From assembly GCA_038883655.1 (NCBI GenBank), contig JAVZLQ010000001.1, forward strand, positions 1 to 64,000: a stretch of 64,000 nucleotides of DNA, in the 5' to 3' direction. Below are positions 57,983-64,000 of the stretch, in pieces. The stretch's first letter is position 1. Each line of letters begins with the position of its first letter. Source of the DNA: Candidatus Bathyarchaeia archaeon. Its GTDB lineage: Archaea > Thermoproteota > Bathyarchaeia > Bathyarchaeales > Bathycorpusculaceae. The notes beneath the pieces are model-generated. The model saw only the letters and a list, made by a program, of their open reading frames with translations. It had not been told where the DNA came from and made no database searches. Both the position numbers and the translations under genes were made by a program.

Positions 57983-58654
57983 TTGCGGTTTTCGAGAAGC
58001 GAATTGGCGAAGATTATTGATTCCACAAATGTTAAGGCTACAGCCACAAAAAAGGAAATTGAACGGCTATGCGCGGACGCTGTCAAATATGGTTTTGGAT
58101 GTGTAGTTGTAAATCCGTGCTACGTGAAGTTTGCCGCGAAAATCCTTGAAGGCACTAACGTGAAAGTATGCTCAACTGTTGGTTTTCCGTTTGGCGCCTC
58201 GTTGCCCGAAATAAAGGCTTTGGAGGCGCTTAAGGCTGTTGAGGATGGCGCACAAGAACTGGACATGGTCATAAACCTTGGTGCGCTGAAATCTGGCGAC
58301 TACGAGCTTGTTAAGCAAGATGTGAAGGCTGTTGTGGATGTGAAGCGTGTCGCTAAAGAAGTCGTTGTCAAGGCTATTATCGAAACGCCAAGCTTGACCG
58401 ATGAGGAGAAGATTATTGCGTGCAAAATCGTTAAGGAAGCCGGAGCGAACTTCGTTAAAACTTCTACGGGGTTGTTTGGCAAAGGCGCAACTGTTGAAGA
58501 CGTAAGGTTAATGCGGCAAGTTGTTGGAAAAGAGATCGGCGTTAAAGCAGCTGGTGGCATTAGAACCTACGCTGACGCTGTTGCAATGATTGAGGCTGGA
58601 GCCAACCGCATTGGAACAAGTACTGCAACCACAATAATTAAAGGCGCGCCATAG
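57983..58654 (+). CDS. deoC: Deoxyribose-phosphate aldolase
   Basis: VGFPFG, ELDMVIN, KAIIET, FVKTSTG, VKAAGGIR, RIGTS. Confidence 0.95.
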   Translation: MRFSRSELAKIIDSTNVKATATKKEIERLCADAVKYGFGCVVVNPCYVKFAAKILEGTNVKVCSTVGFPFGASLPEIKALEALKAVEDGAQELDMVINLGALKSGDYELVKQDVKAVVDVKRVAKEVVVKAIIETPSLTDEEKIIACKIVKEAGANFVKTSTGLFGKGATVEDVRLMRQVVGKEIGVKAAGGIRTYADAVAMIEAGANRIGTSTATTIIKGAP

Positions 58655-58851
58655 GTTTTAGCAAGTTTATGATGCCGACTTTCGTTTTATCAATCTTGCA
58701 AGTATTACGGTTGTTGGAAAGGTTACGGGCACCACATAGAAGCGTGGGGGAACTCTGGTGTCATCAAGTACGTAGATAATTAAGGATTTAACTTTAAACA
58801 CAATACCGCTCTAAATTAATGATAAGAGACTTAAAGGCTTATTGAACTGAA

Positions 58852-60816
58852 TTACATGCGCTCAAGCGCTGTTATTCCAATAAGGTTTAAGGCGTTTCTT
58901 AAGACTATTCGAATGGCATCAACCAGCGCCAGTCTTGCATCGCTAAGCCCTTGAGGTTCAGCCTTTATCACTGGCAAAGCATTGTAAAATGTGTTAAACT
59001 TGTCGGCTAAAGCATTCGCAAAATCTGCAATCATACTGGGCTTAAGAAGGTCTACTGCTTCCGCGAATGTTTCCGGGAAGCTTGCTAAATCCAAAACTAT
59101 CTCGCGTTCAATCTTTTCCTTCAGCAAATCATATGATGGATTTTCTGGCTTTTTTGCGGCTTTGCGCAGTATGCTGCAAGCCCTCGCGTGCGTGTACTGA
59201 AGATAAGGCGCGCTGTTCCTCTCGAAATTCAGCACCTTATCCCACGTGAACACCACAGGCTTTGAAGGATCAACACTTGCTAATGCGTAACGAACAGCGC
59301 CTATGCCAACGGAATTGGCAATCTCCCTCTTCTCCACTTCAGAGAGCTGAGGTGAACGCTTGGAAACCTCTGCGTAAGCCCTTTCAACAGCCTCGTCCAT
59401 AACCTCGTCAAATGTTATGTAACGCCCCCTACGACTTGCCATCCTATACCCTGGAAGAGAAACAAGGTTATAGGCGAAATGCACGAGGTTGTCTGCTTGT
59501 TTGCCATATCCCAAAGCGTAAAGCGCAATCTTTAATTGCAGTTGCGCTAGGCTTTGCTCCATGCCTATAACATTAATGCACTTTTCAGCCCTTTCAAACT
59601 TCCATAGGGTGTAAGCCATATCCCTCGTCGTGTACAACGTTGTTCCATCAGCGCGAACAAGAGTTAAAGGCGGAACTTCATAGTCTTCTCTTAATCCAAG
59701 TTTCTTTTTCAAGTTAAAGTCCCGGACAACCTTTTCCGCGTTGAACTCCAAGACCGCGCCAACTCTGTAAACGTATGGTGTTGCTTTCAGTCTTTGCAGG
59801 ACTTCGGATACTCTGTTGCTCCAGACGAAGTCGCTTTCCCAATCCCAAGAATCATAAGAAACGTCTGCGCGGCTTAAAGTTTCCTTGAAGCCTTGAAGGC
59901 ATAGCTCGCTGACTTCCCTTACGAGCTCTTTAGCCCACTTCTCTCCCACTTCATAAGCTTGATTAAGTGTTGCAACTTCGCTTTCTGGGTCTTTGTCCTC
60001 GCCTATTCTATCAAGAAGCTTTTCGAATAATTCTGGAAACTTTTCTTTAAGCTCCACGGCCACGGACATCCAATCGTCAAGTTCCCTATTTATCTTTGCA
60101 ATTTCATCCACTGCTGAAACAGCCTTTGCGCGCTCAAGCTCCCTTTTTAAACGGTTTATTTCGATTATGCAGCTGGTTATGGTATAGATTTTGCCGATGA
60201 AATGATCTGGCTTGCCCTCTGGTTTAGGCTTGCCCAACTTCTTATATCCATAGGCGATTACTGCGCTTTGCCTTCCAACATCATCGATATAGTAATGGCG
60301 GAAAACAGCGTGTCCCCTAGCCTTCAGAATCCGTGCAATGGCATCGCCAAGCATCGGGTTTCTGGCTTGTCCAATATGTATCGGGTGAAGCGGATTCACG
60401 CTTGTGTGCTCAACAATAATCTTCAATGGTCTTTCAGCCTTAACAAAGCCATAATCAGCGTCAAACTGCCTAGCCGATTCAATAGTTAAACTTGAAAGTT
60501 TCGCAAAATTCACGTGAAAGTTTATGTAGCCTCCGCCCGCTTGGGAAACGTGGTCTACAAGAGAAAACCGCGTCTTATCCATAGCCTCAATTAAACATTC
60601 AGCTAATTCGACTGGTTTCACGCCGATTTTCTTTGCAAGTTCAAAACAAAGCGATGATGCTAGCTGTCCGAACTCTATGTTTGGCGGCTTTTCCAACGTT
60701 AAAACTGGCTTTTCAACCTCGGGAAAACGTTTCTTTAAGGCTTCTTCTAAAATCTCTTTGCATTCCGTGCGGAAATCTGCGAATGGGCTTTCCGAAATCA
60801 TTGATGCTTTCTCCAT
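58852..60816 (-). CDS. argS: Arginyl-tRNA synthetase
   Basis: GYINF, EHTSVNP..HIGQARN, DGTTLYTTRD, MASRRG, YLQYTHARACSIL. Confidence 0.96.
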   Translation of the reverse strand: MEKASMISESPFADFRTECKEILEEALKKRFPEVEKPVLTLEKPPNIEFGQLASSLCFELAKKIGVKPVELAECLIEAMDKTRFSLVDHVSQAGGGYINFHVNFAKLSSLTIESARQFDADYGFVKAERPLKIIVEHTSVNPLHPIHIGQARNPMLGDAIARILKARGHAVFRHYYIDDVGRQSAVIAYGYKKLGKPKPEGKPDHFIGKIYTITSCIIEINRLKRELERAKAVSAVDEIAKINRELDDWMSVAVELKEKFPELFEKLLDRIGEDKDPESEVATLNQAYEVGEKWAKELVREVSELCLQGFKETLSRADVSYDSWDWESDFVWSNRVSEVLQRLKATPYVYRVGAVLEFNAEKVVRDFNLKKKLGLREDYEVPPLTLVRADGTTLYTTRDMAYTLWKFERAEKCINVIGMEQSLAQLQLKIALYALGYGKQADNLVHFAYNLVSLPGYRMASRRGRYITFDEVMDEAVERAYAEVSKRSPQLSEVEKREIANSVGIGAVRYALASVDPSKPVVFTWDKVLNFERNSAPYLQYTHARACSILRKAAKKPENPSYDLLKEKIEREIVLDLASFPETFAEAVDLLKPSMIADFANALADKFNTFYNALPVIKAEPQGLSDARLALVDAIRIVLRNALNLIGITALERM

Positions 60817-60896
60817 TTGTTATAGAGCTTTTCTTAAACCTTTTAGGGTTGAAGTTATATTTTAATTTGCAACAGCACAACAAAATAGGCGAGTAA

Positions 60897-61739
60897 ATGG
60901 AAACAAAAATAATCTTTTCAGAGAAGTGCTTGGGCTACGGGTCTTGGCACATCGAAAGTCCAGAAAGGGTTAGAAAAGCCTACGAAATCCTAAAAGCAAA
61001 AGGCTACAAGTTCCTTGAGCCAGAGCCAGCATCCGAAGAGGACATACTTAAAGTTCATGATATCGAATATGTCTGGAACTTGAAAAAGGGTTTCATCGAA
61101 GACGTGGACACACCAGCCTACGAAAACATCTATGAATATGCAAGACTAGCGGCTGGCGGAGCCATGCTGGCAGCAAAAGTAAATGGATTTTCGCTTATGA
61201 GACCGCCTGGGCATCATGCTGGAAAGAGCGGAAGGGCGTTAGGCGCCTACACAAGGGGATTCTGCTACCTAAACAACATAGCCATAGCGGTCAAGTACCT
61301 GGACAAGCCGACTTTGATCCTAGATATTGATGGGCATCATGGAAATGGGACGCAAGAAATCTTCATGGGAGACGAAAGTGTTGTGTACATCTCCTTGCAT
61401 AGATATCCGCATTATCCCGGCACTGGAAGTTTTTCCGAGGGTAACTGCCTAAACTTTCCTTTGCAAGCTGATTGCGGAGAAAAGGTTTATTTGGAAACTT
61501 TGGCTGGAGCCATCAGAAAAGTTGATGCGAGCAAGTTTGAGGTGGTTGCGGTTTCGGCTGGGTTTGACACTTACGCTGGAGACCTTGCTTCGCTCGGCTT
61601 AACCGAAAAGGCTTACAGAGAAATCGGCAAACTGATTAAATCTTTAATGAAGCCTACGTTCTTTGTTTTGGAAGGCGGCTATAACGGCGAAATCATTGGA
61701 AAAGCCATTCACGAACTTCTAATGGGATTTCAAAGTTAA
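60897..61739 (+). CDS. Histone deacetylase family protein (second, shorter copy)
   Basis: HIESPER, RPPGHHA, GFCYLNN, DIDGHHGNGT, SAGFD, LEGGY. Confidence 0.92.
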   Translation: METKIIFSEKCLGYGSWHIESPERVRKAYEILKAKGYKFLEPEPASEEDILKVHDIEYVWNLKKGFIEDVDTPAYENIYEYARLAAGGAMLAAKVNGFSLMRPPGHHAGKSGRALGAYTRGFCYLNNIAIAVKYLDKPTLILDIDGHHGNGTQEIFMGDESVVYISLHRYPHYPGTGSFSEGNCLNFPLQADCGEKVYLETLAGAIRKVDASKFEVVAVSAGFDTYAGDLASLGLTEKAYREIGKLIKSLMKPTFFVLEGGYNGEIIGKAIHELLMGFQS

Positions 61740-61745
61740 ACTGTT

Positions 61746-62522
61746 TTATACCCATTTTTCCAGAAGCATATTTTCTCCAAAAAATTCCAGAATTCTCCTC
61801 GGACTAAAGACCGTGATTGCGGCATTTGAAAGTTCTCTGCCAATTTTTGGAATCAGCCCAGCAGCATCCGTTCCAAGCTTACACACCATAGCGTTTTCAA
61901 AAAGCCCCAAGGATTCAACATCCACCACGTCTCGTAAGCATCGCTTAACCCTCAAAACGGACATCACTTTTTCGCGTGTTGCCCCAAGAACTATTAGCCT
62001 GTCAAGAAGCGATTTCATCCAACCCTTATAAATCCTTAGTTGAGCCTCCGAAAACGTTGTTTCCACGATGCCTTCTTCTTTGTTCATGTTTAGGGCTTTA
62101 ACTGTTAATGGTATGTTCTCGCGAAAACCATACAATTCAGCCAATTTCGCAAGCGCCAGTTTTCTTCCATCAGCCAACTGCGCTTGCAGATGCTGAAGTG
62201 TTAGTTCTGCTTCCACCTTTTGTGGAGAAGAAACTCCTATGTCAATTATTATTTGGTCTTTGTTTATTGCCGTTATATACCCTTTCAGCGTCGAAAACTT
62301 TCTGATTTCTTCAATGGTGTTTGGGCATAAGCCAACTTCCTCACTTATGTAGCGTAACGCTATTTTTTCATCTTCGCCAGAGATAGATACCTGAACCCAG
62401 TTATTCAGTGTTCCACAAACTTGGGTTTTAACCTTTAACCCCTTGAGTTTTAGTTTTAGGAATGCTTCGACAACTTCAAGTTGATTCTCGTTGTAGGTTT
62501 TTATGGCTAGGGTTGTGTGCAC
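61746..62522 (-). CDS. DUF2110 family protein
   Basis: GEDE, DRLIVLG, LGLFE..CKLGTDAAGLIPKIG; conserved position after TIGR00295. Confidence 0.8.
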   Translation of the reverse strand: MHTTLAIKTYNENQLEVVEAFLKLKLKGLKVKTQVCGTLNNWVQVSISGEDEKIALRYISEEVGLCPNTIEEIRKFSTLKGYITAINKDQIIIDIGVSSPQKVEAELTLQHLQAQLADGRKLALAKLAELYGFRENIPLTVKALNMNKEEGIVETTFSEAQLRIYKGWMKSLLDRLIVLGATREKVMSVLRVKRCLRDVVDVESLGLFENAMVCKLGTDAAGLIPKIGRELSNAAITVFSPRRILEFFGENMLLEKWV

Positions 62523-63052
62523 TTGCAGTCGCCTATTAAACGCATCATTTCTTCATGCAACTTCAGTACGCGCATAACCGCCGCTTTAGGCAACTTTTTT
62601 GAAAAACTCTCTATGGCCTTTTCTATGGGCACTCTTTGGGCTCCCTCAATTAATTTGTCGCTGTAGGCAACAATTTTTTCTTCAAGGGTTTTTGGAACGT
62701 AAATGTCCTTTGGCCATCCCAGTTTTTTCGCTTCTTTCGGCGTTATTCCACCGCCCACGTGTCTCTTAATTATCGCTAATATTGGTTCTGGTAAAGACAT
62801 TGCCTTTGCGATTTCTGCACCTATGACTGCGTGGTGGACGCTGTGGGTTTTTGCCCTTCCAATGTCATGAAGCAAAGCGCCGATTTCAACAAGTTGAAGG
62901 TCGACTTCCAACCCTCTTTCTTTGCATGTTTTTGCGATTTCCAAGGCTAGTTCAGCCACGGCTTCACAATGTTTTATAACATTTTTTGAGCATCCAGCTT
63001 GTATGAGAAGTTGTGTTGCCTCTTCCCTTGAAGGGAGCTTTTCACTCACCAA
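62507..63052 (-). CDS. HDIG-domain protein (TIGR00295-like)
   Basis: HCEAV, LLHDIGR, HVGGGI, EEKIVAYSD. Confidence 0.88.
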   Translation of the reverse strand: MVSEKLPSREEATQLLIQAGCSKNVIKHCEAVAELALEIAKTCKERGLEVDLQLVEIGALLHDIGRAKTHSVHHAVIGAEIAKAMSLPEPILAIIKRHVGGGITPKEAKKLGWPKDIYVPKTLEEKIVAYSDKLIEGAQRVPIEKAIESFSKKLPKAAVMRVLKLHEEMMRLIGDCKCTQP

Positions 63053-63560
63053 GCTCCTTCCTTAACTGCTCAACTTTCCTCGTTAAGGCGTTAACTATCT
63101 TATCGTTGTCATAATACATCAGCGGTTTTCCACATGTTGGACAGCGGAAAACAAGCTCAACAGCCTCTTCGAACGGTATCCTTCTACAACCCACTGTTGA
63201 ACAATAGTAGAAGTCATGGTTTTTCTCGTACTCCAGCCTTATGTTCAATTTTTCCAACACGCGGCGTTTTTGACTTAGTATGAAGCCTTCAAGTTGATTT
63301 GGTTGGAGTTTCCAGTGGAATATGAACCATCCAGTTTTCGGGTCGCGTGTTCTTCTTAGGCTTACAAGTGAATGGTCATAAAGCTTGTAGAGTATTTTGC
63401 GCACCGTGTTTAGTCTTATTCCCGTTTTGTTGGCTATTTCGTCGTCTGTTATTTCATCACAGTCCTTTAATATTTCGATTAGTTTCACCGCTTCTTCTTC
63501 GCCCAGCGCTTGTGCAACTTTCATTAGTGTGGCATCGTTTATTGCTGACGTAATAATCAC
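63042..63560 (-). CDS. tfe: Transcription factor E (TFE, TFIIE-alpha homolog)
   Basis: TDDEIA...VRKILYKL wHTH, RDPKTGW, FRCPTCG Zn ribbon. Confidence 0.95.
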   Translation of the reverse strand: MIITSAINDATLMKVAQALGEEEAVKLIEILKDCDEITDDEIANKTGIRLNTVRKILYKLYDHSLVSLRRTRDPKTGWFIFHWKLQPNQLEGFILSQKRRVLEKLNIRLEYEKNHDFYYCSTVGCRRIPFEEAVELVFRCPTCGKPLMYYDNDKIVNALTRKVEQLRKELGE

Positions 63561-63629
63561 TCCCGCTTAATTGTTGAACAGTTGCCTCTCTTCTAACAAT
63601 AATATTGTGAGGCTTTAATTTAAATTTCT

Positions 63630-64000
63630 TTACTGATCAGAGTCAGATTTTATGTTGCCCTTCACAACTCTTTTCCCGCGTTTCTGAGGAATTATCCGTA
63701 TCTTAGCGTCTTCAAAATTTTTAGCCAAGGCTTTACCTTCAAGCAGTCTGTCGAGGAAGACGGCTAGGCTGGCGCATTCAGAGTGCGGTTGACTCCCGAT
63801 GGCAACGTTGAAATCTGAAACTTTTTCGGAAAAGAATTCCCTTGGAACCTTTTGACTTCCAACGATTATCAAGATATCTTTTCCAGAGTTTTTGATCCGT
63901 TGCAGCACGTCGCTTGTTTGGATGTTTTCGCCGTAGGCTGTCAAGTGCACGACTATTCCGCCTTTAGCCCTCCATTCTTCAACAGCTTTTCGCCACGGAT
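63630..64000 (-). CDS. trm56: tRNA (cytidine56-2'-O)-methyltransferase aTrm56, 3' part (5' end outside window)
   Basis: [33 protein letters not shown]; frame open to the edge. Confidence 0.92.
   Translation of the reverse strand, partial: PWRKAVEEWRAKGGIVVHLTAYGENIQTSDVLQRIKNSGKDILIIVGSQKVPREFFSEKVSDFNVAIGSQPHSECASLAVFLDRLLEGKALAKNFEDAKIRIIPQKRGKRVVKGNIKSDSDQ

Noticed and set aside
58667-58801. 44-codon minus-strand ORF (MFKVKSLIIYVLDD...) downstream of argS
   Set aside because: Short, no motif; cannot be distinguished from chance
61746-64000. trm56-tfe-HDIG-DUF2110 cluster as a novel system
   Set aside because: Well-known conserved archaeal gene neighbourhood
1-64000. CRISPR arrays, rRNA, IS elements and the many antisense ORFs in the track
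   Set aside because: No repeat-spacer arrays, rRNA signatures or transposase motifs seen; the antisense ORFs lie within well-supported genes

Overview
Gene-dense archaeal chromosomal window, most likely Bathyarchaeia or a TACK relative. This is inferred from class I LysRS, TFE, aTrm56, bifunctional FBP aldolase/phosphatase, AcnX-type mevalonate enzymes and BHB tRNA introns at non-canonical positions. The left edge is the boundary of a probable element integrated at tRNA-Glu, with an integrase-like frame running through the tRNA. Housekeeping genes follow (pmdL/S-like, HD hydrolase, tmk, lysS, two tRNAs). Next come a ~14 kb surface-glycan locus (ATP-grasp, epimerase, DUF354, two GT2, rmlACBD, MDH-like, deacetylase-GNAT fusion, methyltransferases, flippase) and a TrmB / membrane protein / two helical proteins / VWA / MoxR-AAA module. 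After these are an Fe-S operon (degenerate IscS-like, IscU, SufS), hel308, purB, a ribophorin I-like membrane protein, glycogen/gluconeogenesis genes, a GCS2 + RLAN + RimK amidoligase cluster, two deoxyhypusine synthase paralogs, galT-deoC, argS and the conserved trm56-tfe-HDIG-DUF2110 cluster. Four tRNAs were found, two with introns. No CRISPR array, rRNA or transposase was seen. All family assignments come from motif recognition by eye; no database searches were run.
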